A stretch of DNA of 64,000 bases from Burkholderiales bacterium (lineage in GTDB: Bacteria; Pseudomonadota; Gammaproteobacteria; Burkholderiales; Casimicrobiaceae), in contig JBDHRR010000001.1 of the NCBI GenBank assembly GCA_039807685.1, positions 60,505-124,504 of the forward strand. The letters are read 5' to 3'. The position numbers and the translations under genes were made by a program. The notes under the pieces were generated by a model. That model was not told the DNA's origin. It did not search any database and saw nothing but the letters and a program-made list of their open reading frames with translations. Shown one piece after another: positions 29,261 through 37,452 of this stretch; the stretch's first letter is position 1; each line of letters begins with the position of its first letter.

Positions 29261-30693
29261 CGGGCCGGACGCGCCGCGATCACGCTCGCCAGCACCACCC
29301 ACACGAAGAGGACGCCGCCGGCGATGGCGAGCAAACCGCCCAGCCCCATCAAGCCCATGCCCGCCACCTCCTGCGTGGTGCGCAGCGTCTGCTCGGCACC
29401 CGCCACCTTGCGCTGCACGCCGTAGCCGCCGGACCACAGCAGGCCCAGGATGTGCAGCAATTGCCCACCGCCGTACAGCCACGGCTGCCAGTCGGCGAGC
29501 CGTCCGCGGACCTCACGAAAGCCCAGGCGCGGCAGGAGCGCGTACGCCAACCCCATGAGCGCCAGCGTCACGCCGACGATCGAGCCGTGGTAGTGCGCCG
29601 GAATCCGCACGTCGGAGCCCTGGATGAGGAAGCCGATCAGGCCCCCGGCCGCGAACAGCAGTAGCGAGGCAACGAGCGCCGCGCGCAGCGGTCGCGTCAC
29701 CGGGGTCGTCGCCCGCTGCCGCACCAGCGCCACCGCGAGTGCCAGCACCATCGGCAGGATGGCGAGCCCGCCGCCGAAGCGCATGAGCCAGGTCATCATC
29801 CTGCGATACTCGACCGAGACCACGGTCCAGTTGAGATAGATGAGCGGCGCGACGAATACCGAGACGAGACCGATCGCGTAGACGAGGACGACCACGCGCG
29901 GACTCAGCGGCAGCGGCGAGCCGGCAAGCGTGGCGAGCCACGCCCAGGCGACCAGCATGAGGAGCGTCCATGTGAACTGGATGACGTGCCCGGGGCCCCA
30001 GAACAGGAGTTCGTAATAGGTGAGCGCGTCGACGTCGCGCGGAACCTCGGCGAGCGACCACGCCAGCGCCAGCAGCGCAACCGCGCTCGATACCGCGGCG
30101 GCCTTGAGGCCGAAGCGCAGCGCATCGGCCCCGTCGAGGCGCAGGCTCATGCGCGCCGGCGCGACGAACGAGCGCAGGGTGAGGAGCAGGAAGCCCGCGC
30201 CCAGCACGACGAGTCCGGCGAGGAAAGTGTCATTGTCGAGGACCGGCACGTAGTTCGACATCACCGGTACGGCAGCGCCGGTGAAGGGGGCCGCCGCCAT
30301 CAGTGCGGTGCCGGCGGCGGTCACCGCGAGCGCGAGCCACCCCAGCCAGACGAAACGCGGCGACGTATCGAGTGTCCACAGCATGCCCGCCATCGACACG
30401 AACCAGACCAGCACCGACAGGTCGACGTGAACGACGAGCGCGACCCGGAAGAAATCCCCTGCCGGCACGATTCCGGCGAAGAACGGCGTGCGGGCGAGCA
30501 CCAGCAGGATCGAGAACACGCCGGCGCCGATCAGCGCCGCGACACCCAGCAGCAGCCAGCCGGTGGCGATCGAGCGCTGCGCGGTGGCGGGAATCGCGAT
30601 CTCGAAGCGGGCGTCGCGTATCCCGCGCGCGACGCCGCCGAGCACGCGCGCCGGCTCCGCCGATGAGGTGCTGCTCAGCGCGCGCTGCGGCAT
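29257..30693 (-). CDS. Divergent heme-copper-superfamily subunit I paralog lacking the His-His pair
   Basis: About 12 TM; VVHVDLSVLVW (helix II), FWGPGHVIQF (helix VI), PAHYHGSIVG (helix X); no HH in the helix VII region. Confidence 0.72.
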   Translation of the reverse strand: MPQRALSSTSSAEPARVLGGVARGIRDARFEIAIPATAQRSIATGWLLLGVAALIGAGVFSILLVLARTPFFAGIVPAGDFFRVALVVHVDLSVLVWFVSMAGMLWTLDTSPRFVWLGWLALAVTAAGTALMAAAPFTGAAVPVMSNYVPVLDNDTFLAGLVVLGAGFLLLTLRSFVAPARMSLRLDGADALRFGLKAAAVSSAVALLALAWSLAEVPRDVDALTYYELLFWGPGHVIQFTWTLLMLVAWAWLATLAGSPLPLSPRVVVLVYAIGLVSVFVAPLIYLNWTVVSVEYRRMMTWLMRFGGGLAILPMVLALAVALVRQRATTPVTRPLRAALVASLLLFAAGGLIGFLIQGSDVRIPAHYHGSIVGVTLALMGLAYALLPRLGFREVRGRLADWQPWLYGGGQLLHILGLLWSGGYGVQRKVAGAEQTLRTTQEVAGMGLMGLGGLLAIAGGVLFVWVVLASVIAARPAR

Positions 30694-30744
30694 GCTGGTG
30701 CCCTTCCCGCCGGCGGGCGCGGGGATGAATGTCGTTTCATCGTT

Positions 30745-31251
30745 TCATCGGATGACGACGCCGCCTTGATCGGGCACGAAGTCGATGAGGACGACCTGTC
30801 CGGGGGCGAGCTTGATCCGACGCTCCGCCTCGTGATTGAAGCCCTTGACGCGAACGCTGTCGTTCACCTGCACGCGCAGGAGATGCTCGCCGGCGGGAAT
30901 CGGCTGCCGGCGATAGCCGCTCGCCGCGCCGTCGCGACGCAGCCCTGCCGGCGCGAACGTCTCGTCCAGCACCAGCTTGCCGTCGAGATCGACGCGCACG
31001 TGCACCGGCGAACGCTCGCGCGGGCAGTCCATCTGCGCGCGCAGTTGTGGCGACATCTTGGCGAGCTCCTCGGGACTGCGCGGACGGCAGTCGGTGGTGA
31101 GCTGGCCGGGCGCGCGGAACGACAGCCGCAGGAGCGCCTGATCGGGCGGCAGGTGCTGGTACGCGGGCGCCGTCGAGAAATAGCCGATGAAAGCAGCGAA
31201 CAGGATGTAGAGGATCGCCTGTCCGCCGTAGCGCAACGCCGAGTTAGCCAT
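30745..31251 (-). CDS. Hypothetical membrane-anchored protein with two Cys
   Basis: Single N-terminal TM (QAILYILFAAFIGYF), TTDCRPR and MDCPRER, beta-rich C-terminus; overlaps the upstream gene's stop. Confidence 0.75.
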   Translation of the reverse strand: MANSALRYGGQAILYILFAAFIGYFSTAPAYQHLPPDQALLRLSFRAPGQLTTDCRPRSPEELAKMSPQLRAQMDCPRERSPVHVRVDLDGKLVLDETFAPAGLRRDGAASGYRRQPIPAGEHLLRVQVNDSVRVKGFNHEAERRIKLAPGQVVLIDFVPDQGGVVIR

Positions 31252-32836
31252 GGATACTGTCTCCGAGCGGGTGGCGGGTCGTCCCGCCGTCTGCCTTTCT
31301 TGTCTCGCCCGCGGGGAGCCGCGCGCGGAACGATTCGATGTCGCTGTCGAGTGCGGCGCCCTGTTCGCGGCCGGCATGGATCACCGCGAGCCGCCTCCGA
31401 TCGACGCTGCGGCGCAGCCACGGCGGACGCAGGCCGGCGATGCGCTCGAGCGTCCATCGTACCCCGAAGCGGTATTCGCAATCGCCCATCGCGCACGTTG
31501 CCACCACGACCCCGGCCGCGCCCGCGCGCAAGCCGTAGTCGACGAAGGTCGGCGGCAGCATGCCGGTACACGGCAGTCCGATGACGATCGTGCCGGGTTG
31601 CCTGGTCGGCTGCGCACCGTGGTGACAGGCGAAGACCAGGAGTGAGCCGCTCGCGTCGGGTCGGCCGAATGCAGTGTCGATCGCTGCGCGCACCGTATCC
31701 ACCGTGTAGTACGGCAGGTCGATGCCACTCACCAAGGCGGTGACCGAACGGAACGGCACCGCCGACGGGCAGGCGCCCGCGCAGATCCCGCAGGAGGCAC
31801 AGCGATCGGCGTCGACCACCGCGATCTCGCCCCTGCCGCTCGGATGCGGCGCCATGGCGATCGCGGCGTAGGGGCAATCCTCGAAGCAGCGCCGGCAGCC
31901 GTTGCAATACAGCGGGACGACCACCGCCGGCGCCGGTCGCGGCGTGCGACCGAGCCACGGCAGCACCGCGAGCAGCAGCGTCAGGCCTACGCTCGCGATC
32001 CAGACCGCCTCCGGCGAAGTGGTGTAGATGGCCGGCAACGGCGCGAGATAGAACCAGTCGATCGGCAGGTCGGTAGGGATTCGCGCGAGGTCGGCGGGCG
32101 GCCCCGACACCGCCGGTACGACGAGCGACAGCGCGACGAGCGCGGCGAGACTCGCCAGCGCCACGCGCCGCGTGGTGCCGGTCTGTGGGCGGGTGAGCCT
32201 TTGCACGTGTGCCCACATGGTAAGCAGCAGCACGAGCGGCAGCCCGATGTGCAGGAAGGCAACCAGCGAGAACAGGCGGTCGGACACCGCGCTCTCGGCG
32301 ATGAAATTGCGCACCAGCGCCGGCCCGAAGCCGGGAAGGACGCCGAACCATTCGGTGGTGGCGGTGGCGACGAACTGCGCGAGCGTGTCCCACACCATCC
32401 AGTAGCCGACCACACCGGCGGCGACCGCGAGCCAGAGCGTGGGGATGCCGCTCACCCAGCTGTACCAGCGAAAGCCGCGGAAGCGCCCGAGCAGCAATTC
32501 GCGCAGGAGATGCACGATGATCACCACCACGAAGGCGTCCGACGCGTAGCGGTGGAGGCTGCGCATCAGCCCGCCGGCCCACCGCTGGCCGTGCGTGAGT
32601 GTCTCGACCGAGGCGTACGCACCGACGACGCTGGTGTCGTAGAAGATGTACAGGTAACCGCCGGTCAACGCGATCAGCCAGAAGAGGTAGAACCCGAGTC
32701 CCCCGAGCTGGCGCAATGGATTGTCGTCGACGCCGCAGAGGCGGTCGAGGGCATGCTCGCCGGCGCGCCACGCGCGCGCCGCCGCGGCGTCGGCCGCGAC
32801 CGCGGCATCGGGAGTCGAAGACAGGTTGAACGCCAT
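31244..32836 (-). CDS. Cytochrome b - 2x[4Fe-4S] - FlpD/MvhD-type Fe-S fusion protein
   Basis: Four heme His (SLHRY, IVHLLR, FLHIG, WAHVQ); IDWFY; CNGCRRCFEDCP and CASCGICAGACP; FACHHG, LPCTGMLPP, TCAMGDCEY. Confidence 0.85.
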   Translation of the reverse strand: MAFNLSSTPDAAVAADAAAARAWRAGEHALDRLCGVDDNPLRQLGGLGFYLFWLIALTGGYLYIFYDTSVVGAYASVETLTHGQRWAGGLMRSLHRYASDAFVVVIIVHLLRELLLGRFRGFRWYSWVSGIPTLWLAVAAGVVGYWMVWDTLAQFVATATTEWFGVLPGFGPALVRNFIAESAVSDRLFSLVAFLHIGLPLVLLLTMWAHVQRLTRPQTGTTRRVALASLAALVALSLVVPAVSGPPADLARIPTDLPIDWFYLAPLPAIYTTSPEAVWIASVGLTLLLAVLPWLGRTPRPAPAVVVPLYCNGCRRCFEDCPYAAIAMAPHPSGRGEIAVVDADRCASCGICAGACPSAVPFRSVTALVSGIDLPYYTVDTVRAAIDTAFGRPDASGSLLVFACHHGAQPTRQPGTIVIGLPCTGMLPPTFVDYGLRAGAAGVVVATCAMGDCEYRFGVRWTLERIAGLRPPWLRRSVDRRRLAVIHAGREQGAALDSDIESFRARLPAGETRKADGGTTRHPLGDSIHG

Positions 32837-32879
32837 GCGCAGACGGCCGCCAGCCGGGAACCACTGCCGCTGCCGCCGC

Positions 32880-33731
32880 TCAGGCGCGGCGCGTCCGCCG
32901 CAACTCGCGCAGCGTGAACCAGGCGATTGCCCCGAGCGTGGTCAAGCCGGCGAAGATCTCGAAGAACAGCGAATAGTTGAGACGGTAGCCGCCGCCTTGC
33001 GGATCGTACACGGTACAGTACAGGATCACCTTGTCCCAGACGTTGCCCAGTGTGAGTTCGCGCGAGGCCTGCCCCGAGCGCAATTCCTTGAGCGGTTGCA
33101 CGAGCATCGGCAGGTCGAAATTCTCGCCGTAGACCTGGCGGTAGATGACGCCTTCGGCATCGACGATGGTGACCTGCGTGACGTGATCGAAGCCCTTGGC
33201 GGTGGCCTCGTAGACGAAGCCCAGGTTGGCGGTGAGTGCCTCGACCTGCGTCGGATCGGGGCTCAGGAAATGCCAGCCGGGCTCATCGATGCGGTTCTGG
33301 CGCTTGAAGGCGGCCATTGCCGCCGGCGTGTCAAAGGGTTGATTGAAGCCGATCGACACCACGGTGAAGGCGTCGTCGCCCAAGGCCCGGCGCGCCTCGC
33401 GCACGGCCTGCGCGAGGAACTGCGTGGCGACCGGACAGGCCTGGAAGCAGCCGGTGTACACGAGGCTGACCAGCAGGGGTCGTCCCTGGTAGTCGCGCAG
33501 GCGAACGTCCTTGCCGTTGCTGTCGCGCAGGCGGATGTCGGCAACCGGCCGGCCGATCGCCGCCTGGCTCGTCGTGACGGCGCGCTGGTAATCGGGCGCC
33601 CGGGGTGCCTTGGCGCTGTCTTCTGCCGTCGCCCGCGCCGGCAGCGCGACCATGCAGGCGGCGGCGCCGGCCGCGAGCGAGGTGATCAGGATGCGGGCGA
33701 GCGGTGCGCGGCGGGAGCTGCGACTCGGCAC
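32880..33731 (-). CDS. SCO-family copper chaperone with C-terminal membrane extension
   Basis: YTGCFQACP (CxxxC) and GFDHVTQ His; C-terminal TM FFEIFAGLTTLGAIAWF. Confidence 0.88.
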   Translation of the reverse strand: MPSRSSRRAPLARILITSLAAGAAACMVALPARATAEDSAKAPRAPDYQRAVTTSQAAIGRPVADIRLRDSNGKDVRLRDYQGRPLLVSLVYTGCFQACPVATQFLAQAVREARRALGDDAFTVVSIGFNQPFDTPAAMAAFKRQNRIDEPGWHFLSPDPTQVEALTANLGFVYEATAKGFDHVTQVTIVDAEGVIYRQVYGENFDLPMLVQPLKELRSGQASRELTLGNVWDKVILYCTVYDPQGGGYRLNYSLFFEIFAGLTTLGAIAWFTLRELRRTRRA

Positions 33732-33735
33732 GGCG

Positions 33736-34602
33736 TCAGGCCCCGAGCGAGGACCTCATCCAGCCGTCGGCGATGGTTCCCATGAGGAGCAGCGAGAGCT
33801 GGACGAGCGAGGCGTGGAAGCTTGCCAGCGCATTGGCCCGATTCGGCGTGCGGGCCAGCAGCCAGGCACGCCACACGAAGAGCGCACTGCCGGTCGCTGC
33901 ACATGCGAGGTAGAGCCAACCCGGGCCGAAGAATGCAAGCGCGAGCGAACAGCCGACCATGACGAGCGCGTGCCAGAAGATCGCCCAGGCCGCGAAGCGG
34001 TCGCCCTTGACCACCGGCAGCATCGGCACCCCGACGCTCGCGTAGTCGTCGCGGCAGACGATCGCGAGACTCCAGAAGTGCGGCGGCGTCCACAGGAACA
34101 GCACGAGGGCGAGGACGAGCGCCTCCGGCGAAAGCTGCGGGGAGACCGCCGCCGCGCCGGCCAGCACCGCGAAGCTGCCGGCCAGCCCTCCGATCACGAT
34201 GTTCCACGCGCTGCGACGCTTGAGCCAGACGGTGTACACGATCGCGTAGACGAAGGCGCCCAGGAACGTGTACAGCGCCGCGGCCGCGTTGGTGGCGAGC
34301 CACGCCGCCGCCACCGCGATTCCGGTCAGCGCGACGATGAGTACCAGCCAGCCGCGATGGTGCCGCATGTGCCCGCTCACGAACGGGCGGCGACGCGTCC
34401 GCGTCATCCGCGCGTCGAGATCGACCTCGTAGAACTGGTTGAAGGCACCTGCGGCCGCCGACGACAGCAGCACGGCAAGCGTCAGGACCACGCCTTGCCA
34501 GGGGGCGAGGGTGCTGCCGGGCGACACCATCAGCCCGGCGACCGCGGTGAGCGCGATCGCCACGCCGATGCGCAGCTTGAAGAGATTGAGCAGCGCCTTC
34601 AT
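33736..34602 (-). CDS. ctaB: Protoheme IX farnesyltransferase (heme o synthase)
   Basis: LFKLRIG, NQFYEVDLDARMTRTRRRP, YTVWLKRR, LWTPPHFWSLA, DYASVGVPMLP. Confidence 0.93.
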   Translation of the reverse strand: MKALLNLFKLRIGVAIALTAVAGLMVSPGSTLAPWQGVVLTLAVLLSSAAAGAFNQFYEVDLDARMTRTRRRPFVSGHMRHHRGWLVLIVALTGIAVAAAWLATNAAAALYTFLGAFVYAIVYTVWLKRRSAWNIVIGGLAGSFAVLAGAAAVSPQLSPEALVLALVLFLWTPPHFWSLAIVCRDDYASVGVPMLPVVKGDRFAAWAIFWHALVMVGCSLALAFFGPGWLYLACAATGSALFVWRAWLLARTPNRANALASFHASLVQLSLLLMGTIADGWMRSSLGA

Positions 34603-34678
34603 GCCGCGCTGCCAGCGCCGGACCGCGGAGCGCGGCCCGGCGCCGTCGACGGCTGCGAGAAGAGCAGGGCGCCCACGC

Positions 34679-36385
34679 CTAGCTCAGACCCCAGACCGTC
34701 GACAGGTACTTCCAGTTGACGAAGTAGTACAGCACGAAGGCGACCAGGAACACCATCGCGAACACGAAGGTACCCGGAACGCCCCAGCCGCCGCCGTGGC
34801 CGCCATCCTCGACGAGCGAGACCTCCACCGGCAGGCGCAGCGGCGTCACCTTGGTCGAGTAGGCACCCGAATCCAGTCGCTTGCCGAAGAGGATGGTGCC
34901 GACCGTCACGGTGATGTACATCACGCCGCCGATGACCGCGATGATGCCGCCGATCGCGAAGATGGCGATCATGAGCAGTGCCGTTCCCGGGAACTCGTAG
35001 GGGAATGCGGCGCCGGCGAAGGTGATGTCCCAGCTGCGACGCGGCACGCCGAGCGTGCCGGCGCCCATCATGGCGAGCGTGAACACACCCATGCCGAGAC
35101 CGAAGACGTACGGCTGCAGCTTCGCCCAACCCGGGAGGATCAGCTCGCGATTGAAGAGCGTGGGCAGCAGGAAGTACGTCAGCGCCATGAAGGCGAGCGT
35201 GGTACCGATCACCACCGTGGCGTGGAAGTGCCCCGGCACGTAGATCGTGTTGTGGATGATCATGTTGAGCTGCTCGGTGCCCATCATCACGCCCGAGATG
35301 CCGCCCAGGAAGCCGAAGCCGATGAGCGAGATGAACATCCCCGAGAACACCGGATTGCTCCACGGCGCCTTGCGCAGCCACTCGAAGAGCCCCTTCGTGT
35401 AACCCTTCGCCCGCTGCGCGGCTTCGATCGCGCCCGGCACGGTGAGGCCGTGCAGCATCGACGCCAGCACCGCGAGGTACATCGCGTAGCTCGTGTTGAA
35501 CACCTTCCACTCGGTGCCCACCGCCGGGTCGGCCAGGATGTGGTGCGCCGACGCGAGTTGCAGGAACAGGATGTAGAGGAGGAACGCGGAGCGGCTCACC
35601 CGCTCGGACATCGGCTTCGCGCCGAAGACGATGGCGGCGATCGCATACCACACCGCGATGTGCGCCGACACGTTGATCTGCTGCGACGAGTGACCGAACG
35701 CCCACCAGATCACGCGGTACATCGCCGGATCGATGTGGCTGATGTATCCCGCCGACCACAGGAAGGTGGGGATGAGGATGATCGCACCCGAGGCGATCGT
35801 GAAGATCGCGATGATGCAGGCGGTGATCGCGCCGAAGGTGACGAGCGGAACCGAGCCCTCGTAGGTCTTCTCGGACTTGGCGATGACGAGCGTACCCAGG
35901 AACACGAAGCAGCCGATGAGCGCGCCGACCGCGAACAGGATGAGGCCCAGGTAGAACGCCGGAATCGCCGGCAGCGGCACGTAGGACGTCATCATCACCG
36001 TCGCGTTGCCGGTGAAGATCGCGACGTTGAAGGTGATGGTGCCGATCACCATCAGCGCCCAGGCGAGCCAGGCGAGTCGCGGGGTGGCGATCCGGCAGCG
36101 CAGCAACGTCGACGAGCAGAAATAGAGGATCGCGATCTCGAAGAAGATGATCCAGACGACCAGCATGTCGAGACCGTGCGCGGTCAGGTACATGTAGAAG
36201 TTGTCGGCGTCGAGCAGGTGGATCGCCTGCCAGCGCGTGAGCGTGATCAGCAGGGCGAGAACTCCGCCGATCAGCAGCGCGACGACGGCGGCGACGGCGT
36301 TGGCCTTGATGAGCAACTCGGCCGACTTGTGGAATTGCAGCCCCGTGCGGGGGCAGATGCGGTACTGCGGGACGGCGGTGGCCAT
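34679..36385 (-). CDS. B-family-derived heme-copper subunit I; probable eNOR-type nitric oxide reductase catalytic subunit
   Basis: All six His present (LTAHG; GHSSQQ; SAHHI; GHFH). Helix VI reads H-S-S-Q-Q (35678-35692) instead of HPxxY, so there is no His-Tyr cross-link. Confidence 0.8.
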   Translation of the reverse strand: MATAVPQYRICPRTGLQFHKSAELLIKANAVAAVVALLIGGVLALLITLTRWQAIHLLDADNFYMYLTAHGLDMLVVWIIFFEIAILYFCSSTLLRCRIATPRLAWLAWALMVIGTITFNVAIFTGNATVMMTSYVPLPAIPAFYLGLILFAVGALIGCFVFLGTLVIAKSEKTYEGSVPLVTFGAITACIIAIFTIASGAIILIPTFLWSAGYISHIDPAMYRVIWWAFGHSSQQINVSAHIAVWYAIAAIVFGAKPMSERVSRSAFLLYILFLQLASAHHILADPAVGTEWKVFNTSYAMYLAVLASMLHGLTVPGAIEAAQRAKGYTKGLFEWLRKAPWSNPVFSGMFISLIGFGFLGGISGVMMGTEQLNMIIHNTIYVPGHFHATVVIGTTLAFMALTYFLLPTLFNRELILPGWAKLQPYVFGLGMGVFTLAMMGAGTLGVPRRSWDITFAGAAFPYEFPGTALLMIAIFAIGGIIAVIGGVMYITVTVGTILFGKRLDSGAYSTKVTPLRLPVEVSLVEDGGHGGGWGVPGTFVFAMVFLVAFVLYYFVNWKYLSTVWGLS

Positions 36386-36396
36386 GGTTCCCCCGA

Positions 36397-36936
36397 TTAC
36401 TTGACGTAGAGCCGCGAGACCATCTTGTGATGGCCGATGCCGCAGAATTCGTTGCAGACGATCGCGTACTGGCCCGAGCGATTGGGCGTGACCGTCACCA
36501 CGTGCTGGTAGCCGGGAAGGACCTGGATGTTGATGTTCTCAGGCTGCAGCGAGAATCCGTGCTGGTAATCCATCGAGCTCAGGTTGAGGCGATAGCTCTT
36601 GCCCTTCTCGAGTTCGAGGATCGGCCACCAGTCCCACAGGCGCGCGATGAGGTAGATGTCGCTGCCCGCGGGCGGCGCCACCACCGGCACCTTGCCCTCG
36701 CCCTCGGTGCGCACGGTGTACTTGTCGACCATGTCCTGCGCGGCCTTGGCGAAGAGTTCGGGCTTGACGCGGTACGTTTCCGATGACAGGTTCTGCTTAC
36801 CGAACACGTGCCAGTACGGCATCATGAAGAACATGATCATGCACCACACGAAGGCGATGACGATCCAGATGATCTCGATCTTGTCGACCGGTTGCTTCCA
36901 CCAGATGCGTTGCGGCGGGGGCAGTATGGCGCTCAC
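36397..36936 (-). CDS. CuA-containing subunit II (single TM, ba3-type architecture)
   Basis: DYQHGF...CNEFCGIGHHKM CuA motif; one N-terminal TM. Confidence 0.92.
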   Translation of the reverse strand: MSAILPPPQRIWWKQPVDKIEIIWIVIAFVWCMIMFFMMPYWHVFGKQNLSSETYRVKPELFAKAAQDMVDKYTVRTEGEGKVPVVAPPAGSDIYLIARLWDWWPILELEKGKSYRLNLSSMDYQHGFSLQPENINIQVLPGYQHVVTVTPNRSGQYAIVCNEFCGIGHHKMVSRLYVK

Positions 36937-36964
36937 GGCGTGTCTCCTGACGGATTGCGTTCGG

Positions 36965-37144
36965 TCACTTGGCGAGCGGCGTCACCGGCACCGTTGCGAT
37001 TTCCATGACGCCCCAGAGGATATAGAGCACGGTGGGAATCACGACGCCCAGGAACAGCAGCAGGAACGGGTTGTCGAGGATCTGCTGCATCACGGGGATG
37101 CGCTCTTCTTGGTTTTCGGGCTGCGATCGAGTATGGTCAGCCAT
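36965..37144 (-). CDS. Small single-TM subunit (subunit IIa-like), 59 aa
   Basis: MADHTRSQPENQEERIPVMQQILDNPFLLLFLGVVIPTVLYILWGVMEIATVP; RBS GAAGGGGGAG; first gene of the operon. Confidence 0.75.
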   Translation of the reverse strand: MADHTRSQPENQEERIPVMQQILDNPFLLLFLGVVIPTVLYILWGVMEIATVPVTPLAK

Positions 37145-37227
37145 GGCGGCTCCCCCTTCCTGTCGATGAAATTGGCAACGAAATCGGCAACACCGGGCAT
37201 CATGGTTGGCGGGGGCCTGCATCCGCC

Positions 37228-37241
37228 TTGACCTGCATCAA
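37228..37241. promoter_or_regulatory. FNR/DNR/NnrR-type box
   Basis: TTGAC-CTGC-ATCAA, one mismatch to TTGAT-N4-ATCAA, about 90 bp upstream of the eNOR operon start in the divergent intergenic region. Confidence 0.75.
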
Positions 37242-37452
37242 AGGTAACCCGGTTGCGCCGCCACCGCAATACGGAATCCAACACGTTGCAACGCGCGTCG
37301 AGCGCCATTCGGCCGCATCGCACGGTGCATTCTTGCAATGATGCGGTATTGCCGCTAGTTTCCACATCTTTGCCATTTCGCTCGCGACGCGATGCGTCGC
37401 CCGCGGCCGGTGCCCGCGCGGGGCCGGGCGCACGGCATCACGGAGGATCACG

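Noticed and set aside
34679-36936. Calling the pair a ba3/aa3 cytochrome c oxidase (coxAB/cbaAB)
   Set aside because: The cross-linking Tyr required for O2 reduction is absent from helix VI (HSSQQ) and from the C-family position.
37253-37360. Possible RegA/PrrA-type GCGG...CCGC sites in the eNOR promoter region
   Set aside because: Spacing does not fit the consensus, and such GC-rich words are expected by chance at this composition.
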